The notes under the pieces were generated by a model, which did no database searches, was not told the origin of the DNA, and saw only the letters and a list, made by a program, of their open reading frames with translations. The translations under genes and the position numbers were made by a program. This document shows positions 9,016 to 20,607 of a DNA stretch of 64,000 nt, in pieces. This DNA comes from Gemmatales bacterium. Its GTDB lineage: Bacteria; Planctomycetota; Planctomycetia; Gemmatales; HRBIN36. Location: contig JBEPZY010000002.1 of NCBI GenBank assembly GCA_041640595.1, positions 38,532 to 102,531 on the forward strand, in the 5' to 3' direction. Every line of letters starts with the position of its first letter. Positions within the stretch are counted from its first letter, which is position 1.

Positions 9016-12000
9016 TTACCTGGCGGGATTTTTTGGCGGTAGCCAGATGGCAGGGACTTCCAGTTTTCGGGCTAAGTCATTGAGCGGTGCCAGCTCGTCG
9101 GCCACGAGTTTCTGCCACTGGTTGCGGTATTGTTCCAGCTCGGCTTCATGGTCGCGGAGCACCTCGCGCATGCCTTGGGTAACCGGCCCATCGGCATCCA
9201 GGCAAACATCGTAGAGCACCAGCAATTTCGAGTACAACCGTGCCCCGCCGCGCTCGGCCAGCAAATCGTAGGAAATTCGCGCCTTTGGATTATGCAGTTG
9301 CCCTTCCAGGGCGTCGAGCTTTTCTGCCAGACCTTGCGAGCGTTTTCGGAGATCGGCATAAGTCGGGTTGTCGCCGAGCCAGTGATTTCGCCGTTGCAGT
9401 TGTTCCCGGACCAGACGGATGTGCTCGACCAGTTCCGCTACCTCGCCAATGCGTTGCTGCACAAGGCGAGTGAACTGCCAGCGTTCGCGGTAAACACTTT
9501 CGGCCAGTTGCAGACGCGGGTCGGGCAGAACTTCCAGCGTTTGTTCCGAGCGCTGCCCATCTACTTCCAGCACCAGCCGATACTTTCCCGGTAACACCAT
9601 TGGGCCGGTCTCCGGGTTGGCTCCTTCGTGAACGGCACCGGGAATCTTGCGGGCACCTTCGGCGGTCAAATCCCAGACCACCCGCTGCAAACCTGGTTCT
9701 GCTATGAGCGGTGCTTTTTTCGGAGCGGGATCGCTGTATTCGCCGGGCTCGCGCGGTTCTTGTGGCGGCGGCGTGCTGGTGAGTGTCTTGACCAGCTGGT
9801 GGCTGGCATCGTAAATCTGCAAGCGCACTTCGCCTTTCGGTTTGACCGGCAGCCAGTAGTAAAGCAGGGCACCCGGCGGTGGATTTTCCCCGGCTCCCGG
9901 CCCGACTTCAGCGCTGTGATAACGCCACCGTATTGCCGGACGCGGCGGCAACAGCGTCGGCTTCTCGGTTCGCCAGCTGGATTCCGGCAGGCGTAACGGC
10001 GTCAGGTCGTCGAGGATGTAAATGGAGCGCCCATTGGTGCCGACCACCAGATCGTCGTTTTTCACCACCAGATCGTGCACTGCCACGGTCGGCAAGTTCC
10101 GGCGCAGGCGATTCCAGGTTTTGCCAGCGTCGCGCGAAAACCACAACCCTTTTTCGCTGCCCAGAAACAACAGTCCCTTCCGCTTCGGGTCTTCGCGGAC
10201 CACGTGCAGGTATTCATCCTGCGGCAACGATGACGACAGCACTTCCCAGCTCTGCCCGAAGTCGCTGGTCTTGAACAGATAGGGGCGAAAATCATTCAGC
10301 AGGTGGGCATCTACCACCACATACGCGGTGCCAGCATCGTGCGGCGAAGCTTCTATGCACTTGATCGTCGCCCATTCGGGAAAGGTCGGCAACCGGCTCG
10401 TCAGATTCATCCACGTCTTGCCGCCGTCACGCGACAGGTGTAAAAGGCCGTCATCCGAACCTACCCAGAGCACCCCTTTTTGCACCGGCGATTCCGCGAC
10501 AGCCGAAATGGTGCAATAATGCTCGGCCGAGGTGTTGTCGCCGGTGATCGGTCCACCCGACCAGCCCTGTTTGGATTTATCGTTGCGGGTCAGGTCGCCG
10601 CTCAACGCTGTCCAGGTCACACCGCCATCGCGACTGGCAAAAAGCACGTTGCCAGCATGATAAACCAGATTCGGATCGTGCGGGGAAATCAGAATCGGTG
10701 CCGGCCAGCGAAACCGATACCGCAACTCCGCCGCCTCTCCCGAAGTCCGATACGGATAGATACCGATATGCGGTGCCTGACGGTTGCGGTAATCGAAACG
10801 GGTAATGATGCCCGCATATTCACCGGCATAGATGATGTTGGGGTCGCGGGGATGGTGAGCGGTGTAGCCCGCTTCTCCGCCTCCAATGGGATACCACTCG
10901 TAATGACTGATGCCGCGGCGGTTGAGGCTATTGCTCGGCCCGGCCAGAGCCCCAATGTCCTGAATCGTGCCGGAGACCCAGTAAGGCGTGCGGTTATCCA
11001 CGTTGATACGGTAAAACTGGCACCAGGGTAACGGCGGTGCGTACCAGCTTTCCCCGCCATTGAGGGTGATATCCACGCCGCCATCGTTGCCGTCAATCAT
11101 TCGTTTGGGGTCTTTCGGATCGATCCACAAATCGTGATGGTCGCCGTGATGGAAACCGCGAACGGCGTGGAAAGTTTTGCCGCCATCGGTGCTGCGCATC
11201 ATGGCCACATTCGGACACCAGACAATATCGGGATTGGTCGGGTCCACGGTGATGGTGGAATAATACCAGGCGCGTTGCCGAATGCCGCGCTGACCACTCA
11301 TGCGTTTCCAGGTCTTGCCGCCATCGTCGGAGCGGAAAAGTCCCCCTTCGACGGCCTCGATGATGGCATAAACGCGGCGGCTATCAGAAGGAGCGACGGC
11401 GACACCGATTTTGCCGTAAGGTTTTTCCGGTAACCCGTGGCCGACTATCTCCTGCCAGGTATCGCCGCCATCGCGGGAAACATACAGACCGCTGCCCGGT
11501 CCGCCGCTGGTAAGCTCCCAGGGTCGGCGTCGCGCTTGCCAGAGCCCGGCGAAGATCACGCTGGGATTATTCGGATCCATGCACACATCGGAAGCCCCGG
11601 TGTCGGCATTTTTGAACAAGACCCGCTGCCAGGTGCGACCGCGATCGCGTGTGCGATACACTCCGCGATGCTCATCGGGACCGTAAGGGCTTCCCAGCAC
11701 CGCCGCGAAAGCAATGTCCGGATTGCTCGGATGAACAACGATGGTGCCGATGACCGCTCGGGCTTTCCAGGCATGACGCCAGGTCTGGCCACCGTCCTCG
11801 GAGACGAAAATGCCTTCGCCGATCTGAGCATTGTTGCGGATGTTGGCTTCGCCCGTGCCGACGTAAAGGATGTGCGGATGCGACGGCGAAACCGCGAGCG
11901 AACCGCAGGCGGAGGTCGGCTGATCATCGAAGATCGGTTTCCAGGTAAACCCGCCGTCGGTGGATTTCCACAGTCCGCTGGCAGCAGTGGCGGCGTAATA

Positions 12001-12189
12001 AATGCGCGGATCGCCGGGCACTCCCGCTACGCGACAAACCCGTCCACCGGCAGCCGGGCCGATCAGCCGAAATTGCAAACCTCGTCGCTCACCGTTCTCC
12101 AGCCGGCCATAAGGATCGCTCTGCCCCTGCGTAGCGCTGACCTGCACCAGCAGCAGGAGCGCCACCAGCCAGACTTCGGTTCGGCGCAT
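9016..12189 (-). CDS. Secreted VPS10/sortilin-like BNR-repeat glycosyl hydrolase-like protein
   Basis: Signal peptide; IGPAAGGR N-terminus; many SxDGGxTW Asp-box repeats; HGDHHDLWIDP motif. Confidence 0.88.
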   Translation of the reverse strand: MRRTEVWLVALLLLVQVSATQGQSDPYGRLENGERRGLQFRLIGPAAGGRVCRVAGVPGDPRIYYAATAASGLWKSTDGGFTWKPIFDDQPTSACGSLAVSPSHPHILYVGTGEANIRNNAQIGEGIFVSEDGGQTWRHAWKARAVIGTIVVHPSNPDIAFAAVLGSPYGPDEHRGVYRTRDRGRTWQRVLFKNADTGASDVCMDPNNPSVIFAGLWQARRRPWELTSGGPGSGLYVSRDGGDTWQEIVGHGLPEKPYGKIGVAVAPSDSRRVYAIIEAVEGGLFRSDDGGKTWKRMSGQRGIRQRAWYYSTITVDPTNPDIVWCPNVAMMRSTDGGKTFHAVRGFHHGDHHDLWIDPKDPKRMIDGNDGGVDITLNGGESWYAPPLPWCQFYRINVDNRTPYWVSGTIQDIGALAGPSNSLNRRGISHYEWYPIGGGEAGYTAHHPRDPNIIYAGEYAGIITRFDYRNRQAPHIGIYPYRTSGEAAELRYRFRWPAPILISPHDPNLVYHAGNVLFASRDGGVTWTALSGDLTRNDKSKQGWSGGPITGDNTSAEHYCTISAVAESPVQKGVLWVGSDDGLLHLSRDGGKTWMNLTSRLPTFPEWATIKCIEASPHDAGTAYVVVDAHLLNDFRPYLFKTSDFGQSWEVLSSSLPQDEYLHVVREDPKRKGLLFLGSEKGLWFSRDAGKTWNRLRRNLPTVAVHDLVVKNDDLVVGTNGRSIYILDDLTPLRLPESSWRTEKPTLLPPRPAIRWRYHSAEVGPGAGENPPPGALLYYWLPVKPKGEVRLQIYDASHQLVKTLTSTPPPQEPREPGEYSDPAPKKAPLIAEPGLQRVVWDLTAEGARKIPGAVHEGANPETGPMVLPGKYRLVLEVDGQRSEQTLEVLPDPRLQLAESVYRERWQFTRLVQQRIGEVAELVEHIRLVREQLQRRNHWLGDNPTYADLRKRSQGLAEKLDALEGQLHNPKARISYDLLAERGGARLYSKLLVLYDVCLDADGPVTQGMREVLRDHEAELEQYRNQWQKLVADELAPLNDLARKLEVPAIWLPPKNPAR

Positions 12190-12210
12190 GCGGTATTCCT
12201 CCGAAAAGCA

Positions 12211-15200
12211 TCACGGACGAGATTCGCTGGCACCGGGAACCGGTAGCGGCACCGGTTTGCGTTTGGCGAAGTAATCGCGGACTTCCTGCTTGAGAACTTC
12301 GACAGCCCTGGTGAGTTGTGGATCGCGGCCTGCCTGAAGATCGTCGGGATGGGGTTCGACCACGATGTCGGGAACCACCCCCGCTTTTTCCATGTTGATT
12401 CCCTGCGGTGTGTACACACCGAGTCGGGGCACGCGGAAAAACGAGCCATCAATCAGCCGTTCGTTCACCGTGCCAATGACCAGTCCGCCGGTTGGTACGC
12501 CGACCAGTTTCCCCAGCCCCAGTTCGCGGAAAGCATTGGGGAAAATCTCGGCATCGCTGAAGGAACGGTTATTACACAGCACAACCACCGGCTTGGTCCA
12601 CTTGCGATCGTAGGAGCGAAGCACCGTGCCATACTGACCCTCGCGGCTGACGAAGTAAGTGTGTTCTTTGCCCCCTAAAAAGGAAAGCACCTGATCGTGG
12701 GTAAACCCGCCACCGTTGAATCGCACATCGAGGATCAGCCCATCCTTGTCGAAATGCTCCGAGTAAAGCGCTCGCACAAACTCGTCCAGGCTCTCGAAAT
12801 CCATGGCGCGGAGGTGAATGTAACCGAGGCGGCCATTGGAAAGCTCGGCAACCATGCGTTCATTGCGGGCGACCCAGTGGCGGTAATAGAGCCGAGCCGC
12901 TTCCGATCGCCGGATAGGACGAATCTCAACGATACGCGAATCACGACCGTCGGGAAAGCGGCTGACCTGCAGGCGGAGGGGTTCGCCAGCCTTGTCGTTG
13001 AGAAGTCGGCTGAGGTTGGTCTGGTCGGTGAGCCGTTCTTCGTCTATTGCCACCACATACTCGCCGGGATGCAACTCGATTCCCTTGCGATCGGCCGGGC
13101 CGCCTTTGAGTATTTCGCGCACTCGCAAGGCCGGGCCGGGATAATTCTCGTCCCACAGGATACCCAGTTCGGCGGTCTGTTCTTCGGGGCTACGGTTCTG
13201 GCCACCGATGCCCAGATGGGAGGCGTTCAGTTCACCGAGCATGAGACTGACTAGGTCGTAAAAATCTTCGACACACGCAATGTGGGGCAAAAGGGCACTG
13301 TATTTCGCACGCACCGCTTCCCAATCGGCCCCGTGCAGCCGCGGATCGTAGAAGGAGTGCCGCAGCTTCCGCCAGCCTTCCGCGAACATTTCCTGAAACA
13401 GGGCCGGTCGTTCGATCCGCAATCGCGCCTCGAAGCGGAGCCTGGCGGGAGTTTCAGCCGTCGGTGCGGTTCCTGGCGTGAGATTCGGACGAACGCTGCG
13501 CAGGGCACCGAATTCGTCCAGAAACAGGAGCGCTCCCGAACGAGTCCAGGTGATTTGCCGCGGTCGTACATTGCCGACCGTCAGGCGGAAAACCTGTTCG
13601 CCAGTTACACTCGCCAGCCAAAGATCATCGCCTCCCAGGGCATTGGAACGAAAAGCGACGTAACGACCATCGGGGCGGATCACCGCTTCCGATTCGTCGC
13701 TGCTCATGGCCGTCACTCGCCGCACACGCAGATGAATGTCGTCCAGATCGATTGGCAGGCGTTGCTGGCCAGGCTTACTGCCGGGCGAAGCTGAAGGTTT
13801 CGACGGACTGGTCGCCTGGCTGCTTTCGCCAGCCGGTTTCTGCAACTGCATCACAAACACGTCCAGGTCCTGCCGACGCTGACTGATGAAGCAGAGCAGT
13901 CGGCCATCCTGACTCCACGAGACGCCGAAATTGCGGGTGGCATAGCGCGTGATGTTGACCGGTTGGCCACCGCTGGCCGGGATCAGATACAGCTCGCTGG
14001 CGAAATGGGAGTCCATCCGCGAATAGACAATCCAGGAACCATCCGGCGACCAGCTATACTCGATGACACGCGGTTGTGCGACCAGCGGTTTGGCGTCGGA
14101 ACCATCCCGATTCATCACCCAGAGCGTTCCCTGACGCAACACCGCCAGTTTCTTGCCATCGGGCGAGAAAGAAAGACCCGATTCCGGTCCCGCGTGGTGT
14201 GTCACTCGGCGAATGCGATACTGCCGGGCCTGACCGAGTTCAGCACCGGGCGGCTCAGCGGATTCGACCAGGTAAACGTTTTCCTCACCGTCGCGGTCGG
14301 AGATAAAAGCGAGAGCCTTGTTATCCGGCGACCAGACCGGCTCTCGATCGTGAGCCGGGCTGTTGCTGACATTTCGCGCCTTGCCCCCGCTGGCCGGCAC
14401 CAGGAAAATTTCCCCGTGCACCACGATGGCCAGGTGTTGTTCGTTCGGCGCCAGGGCGTATTCGGTAACTCCCTGGGTGAAAGTGCGATAGATGTCGGGA
14501 TTGCTGGCCAGATCAGCCCGCGCCACGATGGGTATCCGCTGCGGTTGGGCATGGACCTCGCTTACATGCAGCCGGTACAGCTCGAAGCCGCACTCGTAAA
14601 CAATCCATTCCCCATTGCGGGAAATGCGTGCCCGGCGCACGCCTTCCTGCGTGTGATGCGTAATTTGCACCGGCAATCCCGTGCCATCGGCAGCGCGACG
14701 GAAAATATTGCTGACACCGTTTTCCTCCGACACGAAATAAATCCACCGGCCATCCGCCGACCACATCGGCGATCCGTCCTGACCGTTGAAACTGGTCAGC
14801 CGGCGATGATGCGTGCCATCGGCGCGGCAAACCCAGATGTCATCGTTGGCCGAGCCTCGATATCCTTTGCGATACCATAGTCCGGGCCCGCGGATGTAAG
14901 CGAGTTCCAGACCGTCCGGGCGAAAGACACCGTCGCGGCCTTCGTCGAGCGGGAGTCGGCGTTCGCGGCCACCTTCGACCGGCACCAGATACATTTCCGG
15001 TAACGGCGGGAACTGCGGCGTGCGACGCGTGGAAAAAAGGATATATCGCCCATCCGGCGTCCAGTCGTTGACCAGTTCGTTTGCGGAATCGAAGGTGAGT
15101 CGCCTGGGCGGACCACCTTCCACACTGACCACGAATACATCGTAACTGCCGTAGCGATTCGAACTGAACGCCAGCCAGCGGCCATCCGGGCTGAACACCG

Positions 15201-15447
15201 GATTGATCTCGTGCGCCTCGTGAGTCGTGATTTGCCGCGCCACACCTCCTTCCGCCGAGACTATCCAGATGTCGCCCAGATAACTGAACGCCACCCAGCG
15301 ACCGTCCGGCGAAACATCCGGCGTCCGCGCAAAGCGAACGGTACCCGGCGACGCTTCCTGCGCACGAATCGCCTGAATTCCCCACAACCACACCAGCATT
15401 ACCAGCGCATTCAGCAGCATCGCGCGCAACAACTTCTGATGGCACAT
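12211..15447 (-). CDS. Tricorn-like S41 protease (PD40/WD propellers, PDZ, S41 core)
   Basis: Signal peptide; repeated PxFSPDGxWLAF segments; LGELNASH; LILDVRFNGGG; catalytic SFSDAEIF; GKLVGVPTGG. Confidence 0.92.
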   Translation of the reverse strand: MCHQKLLRAMLLNALVMLVWLWGIQAIRAQEASPGTVRFARTPDVSPDGRWVAFSYLGDIWIVSAEGGVARQITTHEAHEINPVFSPDGRWLAFSSNRYGSYDVFVVSVEGGPPRRLTFDSANELVNDWTPDGRYILFSTRRTPQFPPLPEMYLVPVEGGRERRLPLDEGRDGVFRPDGLELAYIRGPGLWYRKGYRGSANDDIWVCRADGTHHRRLTSFNGQDGSPMWSADGRWIYFVSEENGVSNIFRRAADGTGLPVQITHHTQEGVRRARISRNGEWIVYECGFELYRLHVSEVHAQPQRIPIVARADLASNPDIYRTFTQGVTEYALAPNEQHLAIVVHGEIFLVPASGGKARNVSNSPAHDREPVWSPDNKALAFISDRDGEENVYLVESAEPPGAELGQARQYRIRRVTHHAGPESGLSFSPDGKKLAVLRQGTLWVMNRDGSDAKPLVAQPRVIEYSWSPDGSWIVYSRMDSHFASELYLIPASGGQPVNITRYATRNFGVSWSQDGRLLCFISQRRQDLDVFVMQLQKPAGESSQATSPSKPSASPGSKPGQQRLPIDLDDIHLRVRRVTAMSSDESEAVIRPDGRYVAFRSNALGGDDLWLASVTGEQVFRLTVGNVRPRQITWTRSGALLFLDEFGALRSVRPNLTPGTAPTAETPARLRFEARLRIERPALFQEMFAEGWRKLRHSFYDPRLHGADWEAVRAKYSALLPHIACVEDFYDLVSLMLGELNASHLGIGGQNRSPEEQTAELGILWDENYPGPALRVREILKGGPADRKGIELHPGEYVVAIDEERLTDQTNLSRLLNDKAGEPLRLQVSRFPDGRDSRIVEIRPIRRSEAARLYYRHWVARNERMVAELSNGRLGYIHLRAMDFESLDEFVRALYSEHFDKDGLILDVRFNGGGFTHDQVLSFLGGKEHTYFVSREGQYGTVLRSYDRKWTKPVVVLCNNRSFSDAEIFPNAFRELGLGKLVGVPTGGLVIGTVNERLIDGSFFRVPRLGVYTPQGINMEKAGVVPDIVVEPHPDDLQAGRDPQLTRAVEVLKQEVRDYFAKRKPVPLPVPGASESRP

Positions 15448-15734
15448 GGCTAAGTCCCCGTGGTGCAGTTTCGCAATCGTAACGATTCCCCGTTGGTCAG
15501 GCTGGCCTTTGCCATGCTGGCACCCGACGCTTCTAAATTAGCAGACGACTGCTGGCGTGTCCAAGTCACAAACGCCCGGCTCCAGGGCTGCACCGCCACC
15601 GAGGTAACGGCAACTTCCCGCAAGAGGCCCGATGCAAGCTGCAAACACCGGATCGAGAGCAGCACCGAATCCGCGACGGCCGTGCGCCGAGGGCATATTC
15701 GGAAGCGGCGCACCAGGCGAGTAAGTCTTGCTCT

Positions 15735-17110
15735 TTGCGATGCACGAACGCATGTGCACCAGGAGCGGGGGGCGTCAGCCCCCCGTGGTTCACGGTAACG
15801 CACGTGCAAGGGCGTGGCGCAATTGTTCGGGGGACATCCGACCCATACACTGGCGAGCGCCAGCGCAGTTACGGTACCACATCCACTGCGGGCTGACGCC
15901 CGCCGCTCTTCCGTCCGAACGCGAACGTTTGCCGGCGAAATTGCGACTTTTGCGATGCACGAACGCACATGCACCAGGAGCGGGGGGCGTCAGCCCCCCG
16001 TGGTTCACGGCAACGCACGTGCAACGGCATTCGCGCCAATGTCGGTGCGATTGCCGACCGTGCATCAGCGGACTCCGACGCAGTCGTGGTGCTACATCTT
16101 CGACAACACCCACGGCGGGCTGACGCGCGGCGCTCTTGCGCCGGGCGAATCGGCGCCTGCTTGTGCGTGGCGATTTCCCTTGCACGCGCGTTCTCCTAAC
16201 CACTGCGGGCTGACGCCCGCCGCTCTTGCGTCGGAATGCGAACGTTTGCCGGCGAAATTGCGACTTTTGCCATGCACGAACGCACATGCACCAGGAGCGG
16301 GGGGCGTCAGCCCCCCGTGGCTCGCGGAACCGCACGTGCAAGGGAGTGCGACTTTTGCGATGGACGAACGCATGTGCACAGGAGCGGGGGGCGTCAGCCC
16401 CCCGTGGCTCGCGGCAACGCATCTGCAGCGGCGTGGCGCAATTGTTCGGGGGACATCCGACCCATACACTGGCGAGCGCCAGCGCAGTTACGGTACCACA
16501 TCCACTGCGGGCTGACGCCCGCCGCTCTTGTGTCGGAATGCGAACGTTTGCCGGCGAAATTGCCACTTTTGCGATGCACGAACGCACATGCACCAGGAGC
16601 GGGGGGCGTCAGCCCCCCGTGGCTCGCGGCAACGCACGTGCAACGGCGTTCGCGCCAATGTCGGTGCGATTGCCGACCGTGCATCAGCGGACTCCGACGC
16701 AGTCGTGGTGCTACATCTTCGACAACACCCACGGCGGGCTGACGCGCGGCGCTCTTGCGCCGGGCGAATCGGCGCCTGCTTGTGCGTGGCGATTTCCCTT
16801 GCACGCGCGTTCTCCTAACCACTGCGGGCTGACGCCCGCCGCTCTTCCGTCCGAACGCGAACGTTTGCCGGCGAAATTGCCACTTTTGCGATGGACGAAC
16901 GCACATGCACCAGGAGCGGGGGGCGTCAGCCCCTCGTGGTTCACGGCAACGCATCTGCAGCGGCGTGGCGCAATTGTTCGGGGGACATCCGACCCACACA
17001 CTGGCGAGCGCCAGCGCAGTTACGGTACCACATCCACGGCGGGCTCACGCCCGCCGCTCTTGCGTCGGAATGCGAACGTTTGCCGGCGAAATTGCGACTT
17101 TTGCGATGCA
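15735..17110. repeat. REP/BIME-like mosaic array 2
   Basis: About 13 copies of the same hairpin (CAGGAGCGGGGGGCGTCAGCCCCCCGTGG and reverse CCAC(G/T)GCGGGCTGACGCCCGCCGCTCTT). A higher-order block recurs at about 15812, 16431 and 16963. Confidence 0.9.
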
Positions 17111-17215
17111 AGAATGCACGGTGAACAGAAGCGGGGCGCAAACGCATAGTGGTGGTTGCCGCGGTGTCTATTGCGGTAAATTGCCTGGTGTCGAGGAGTA
17201 TTTCGAGCGGGGGTG

Positions 17216-20200
17216 TCAGCTATCCGACTGCGAAGCCAGTTGGAGGAACTCCTGAAAATCGGCACGCGAGCGGATAGGCTGAAGGCGTGTCGCCGTTCGG
17301 AGCCGACGCAGGAACTGTGCCCGCTCGGCTGGAGCGTTTTCTAGTTTTTTCCAGGCTTGCTGCACGATAGCGACTGCCGTTGCACCGAGCCGTTCAAGCA
17401 TGTCGTCCACCGTGGTGTCGGGAGAAGAGTGACTGGCCAGCCAGGTAATGGCGTTGGCTAAGGCGGTGGCAGCGGCGTAAGCATCTTCAGACGGATCAAA
17501 TCCCAGAGCAGCGAGGCGCTGGGCTGTCGAACATGCGGACTCGACTTGGTGACCGGCGGCCTGGTAAACGACCAGCGTGCTGAGGTATCGCCGATAGTCC
17601 TGGCGATAGAGCCTGTCCCGTGGCTGGGCATCCAGAGCGGATTCTAACAGTCGTTGCGCTGCATCCAGCTGCTCACGGATAGAGGCCAAATCCGAACGGC
17701 TTTCCAGGAACTGCTCGGCCTGCAGGGTATGCAAGTAACCCAGCCAGTGCCGGTAGTTGACTTCGTAGGGCAAACGCTGGTAGAGGGCGGTGACCAGTTC
17801 CTGGGCCCGTTGGAGGTGGAGCAATGCTGCGGTCGGCTTTTTTGGGCCGCCAGAATGCGTCCGAGGCGCTCTTCGGCCCGGGCCAAGTCCTCCTGCACTG
17901 TCGGCCAGCTGGGAAACCTGTTCGCCAGCTCCTGGTAAATCTGATGGGAGCGGCGAAAGAAATCCTCGGCCTCCTTATAGCGACGGGCACTGGCTAAACG
18001 ATTGCCTTTGAGGGCATATCCCGAAGCCAGTTCGCGGGCGTATTCTGGAAGGTGAGGAAAATGCTGCGCGAGCTTTTGGCGGATCGTCAGCGCTTCGTCG
18101 AGCAAGGCATCGCTCTGGCGAGTGTTGCCATTCTGCCGATGCCAGCTACTGTAGCGGAGCAAGGCAGAGGCGAGCGAATCCTGGTAACGTGGCGCTGCGG
18201 GAAACTCTGCGGCCAGCCGGCGATAAATGGCCACGGAATTCGCGAAAGCGCGGTCGGCATCGGTCTGTCTGCCCAGACGCTGCCAGCAACGTGCCAGCAG
18301 AATTTCCGCCTCGGCCAAGTTCGACTGTGCGAGGGGATTGTTGGGCTGATTGGCGAGCAAACGCTGAGCCAGATTTCGCGCAGTCTGCGCCAGGTGCTCG
18401 GCTTCAATGAAGCGGCCAGTTTCCAGGAACCGTTCGCTGAGCTCGACCAACAAATGGAAATATCGGCGGGTGGCACCAGTCGCGTTTGGCTGCTGCGCCA
18501 GGTGCCGCTCGCAGGCGTCTATGCCGTCCAGGAACGCTAATTCAGCTAACTGGGGCTTGCCCTGGATATCCAGCAATTGTCCGACGGCCTGGCAACTGTA
18601 GGCCCAGGCATCGAGCAGTTCAGGACTGAGCGGCTCGGTCTGCACCAGGGACTGGCGCAACTTCCAGCAACGCAGGTGGGTCTCCAGAGCCTCGTGGAAT
18701 CGGTATTGCGCGCGATACACGTAACCCAGCACCAGCCAGACGCGCGACAGCCCCAGGGCGTAGTTGCGATTGCCGCTATCCTGCCGGAGCAGAGATTCCC
18801 ATTCGTGAGCGGCACTCCGCAGGTACGTTTCAGCAGCAGCGAGTTGCTTCAGTCGGTAATTCAGGATACTCAGGCGCAAGTAGCCCTCAGCACGCAAGGA
18901 ACAACTGGCCGGGTCTTCGCCATGCACCCGCGCCAGCGCTTGAAAATGCTGGGCCAGCCGTTCCAGAAAAGCCTGGTCCTGTTCGTTCCATTGCGCGGCC
19001 CGCAGCACGAAACTTTCCAGGGTGTCGTCGGTGAGATCACGCAGGACCCGCAATACCTCCTCGCGGGCCCGACGCTCCTGGTGACGCGCCAGTTGTTCGG
19101 CGTGTCGGGCCTGTTGTTCGGCTAACAGAGCTTGTTCGGCACGGAGGCGATGATACTCTGCCTGTTCCTGCCGCTGTTGTGCTTCGAGGCGGGCCTGATG
19201 CTCGGCACGAGCAGATTCGCGTGCCCGTTGCCAGGCCACACCGACCAGCACCGTGCTCAGGCCGAGCACCAGGATTACTGCCAGACTCCAGATCAGCGAC
19301 TGCCGACGACGCTTGCGTTCTTCCACCTCGCGGATGGCGGCTTCGGTTCGTTCGCGTTCTGCACGCTGCGCCCGCTCTTCGGCCGCCTGCCGCAACTGCG
19401 CTACAATCCGAGCCAGCACTTCCGCATCGGAAAAGCGTTCCTCGGGAGCGAAATTCAGGCACTTCTTGCAAAGCTCCACCCATTCCGGACTCACAGGAGC
19501 CTGGGCTAATCGTTGCAGCGCGGGTTGGATTTGCCAGCAACACGCCTGTAAGCGGACTTCATGGGCCGTGGTGCCCACATAAGGAGGTTGACCGGTCAGA
19601 ATTTCACAAAGAATGGCTCCCAGGCCGAAAACGTCGCTGCGGGGATCAAGTTTATCCACTTCGCCGGCGGCCTGTTCGGGAGGCATATAAGAGGGTGTCC
19701 CCAGTACAGTGCCGGTTTCCGTGCGGATGGCACTGCCCCAGTCGGAAGTTTCCTCGGAGGACATCCCGTCGAACTGGACCGTTTCTTCGACCGCCGATGC
19801 AGCTGGCACAGTTTCCCCATTACTCAACCGATACTGGAAACATTTAGCCAGGCCCCAGTCCATCACCTGCACCTCCCCGTGGGCACCGACCATGATGTTG
19901 GACGGTTTCAGGTCACGGTGGATGTAACCTTGACTATGTGCGTAACCCACGGTCTGACAGACTTGCTCGAATATTCCCAGCAGCTGACCTAGTTTGTCAA
20001 GGCAAGGCAGACCAGGCCGGCCACCGGTTGTTCACAGATCGGCCAGGATGTCTTTGAGGCTGCGACCCTCCACCACACGCATCACGATGTAAGGCAAACC
20101 TTGTTCCAGGAAACCCAGATCGTGGACACTGGGGACACCGGGATGATCCAGCCGGGCGGTTATCTGAGCCTCCAGCAGGAACCGTTCCCAGGCGCCAGGA

Positions 20201-20376
20201 CGCGAAGCCCGATCCGCGCGGAGTAGCTTGACCGCAACGCTGCGCCTCAACTGGGTATCCTCCGCGAGCCAGACCTGGCTCTGTCCGCCCACACCGAGTA
20301 TCCGCAACAACCGATAACGCCCCGCGATCAAATCACCGACCTCGAACGACGGTAGCTCTTTGCTGTCGTCTGGCAT
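17216..20376 (-). pseudogene. Ser/Thr protein kinase with TM segment and TPR array, interrupted by an in-frame TGA and a 1-nt frameshift
   Basis: N-lobe ORF 20032-20376 (LGVGGQSQV, VAVK) is in frame with 17644-19950 (HRDLKPSN, DWG, GTPSYMPPEQ) across a TGA at 20032-20034. The TPR C-terminus continues in 17216-17824 after an A6 tract at 17838-17843; A7 would restore AQKKPTAALLHLQ. Confidence 0.85.
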
Positions 20377-20607
20377 GATCTTGTCTCTCCACGCTGCAGT
20401 TCACTCGGCAGCAAGCACAAGCCCGCCATGCGTCCCCAAAAGTGCCGGAAGCGCACGCTTCACCTGAACATGCGACCCCAGATCATCCTATCAGCACTCC
20501 GTGGTACGCGGAAACACATTGCCAACGAGGTTTAACTTTTGCGACGCACCAACGCCCATGCGCCAGGTAACCGTCTTTCCGGAATTCGAACTTCCCGTCG
20601 GGCGTTT

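Noticed and set aside
17836..17846. Programmed -1 frameshift at A AAA AAG
   Set aside because: The heptamer is not in the zero-frame register required (codons read CAA AAA AGC); a simple homopolymer deletion is more parsimonious.
20032..20034. Selenocysteine or recoded TGA in the TPR kinase
   Set aside because: The position is a variable non-catalytic linker, no convincing SECIS-like hairpin follows, TGA is used as a normal stop elsewhere (e.g. glgP), and the gene has a second lesion.
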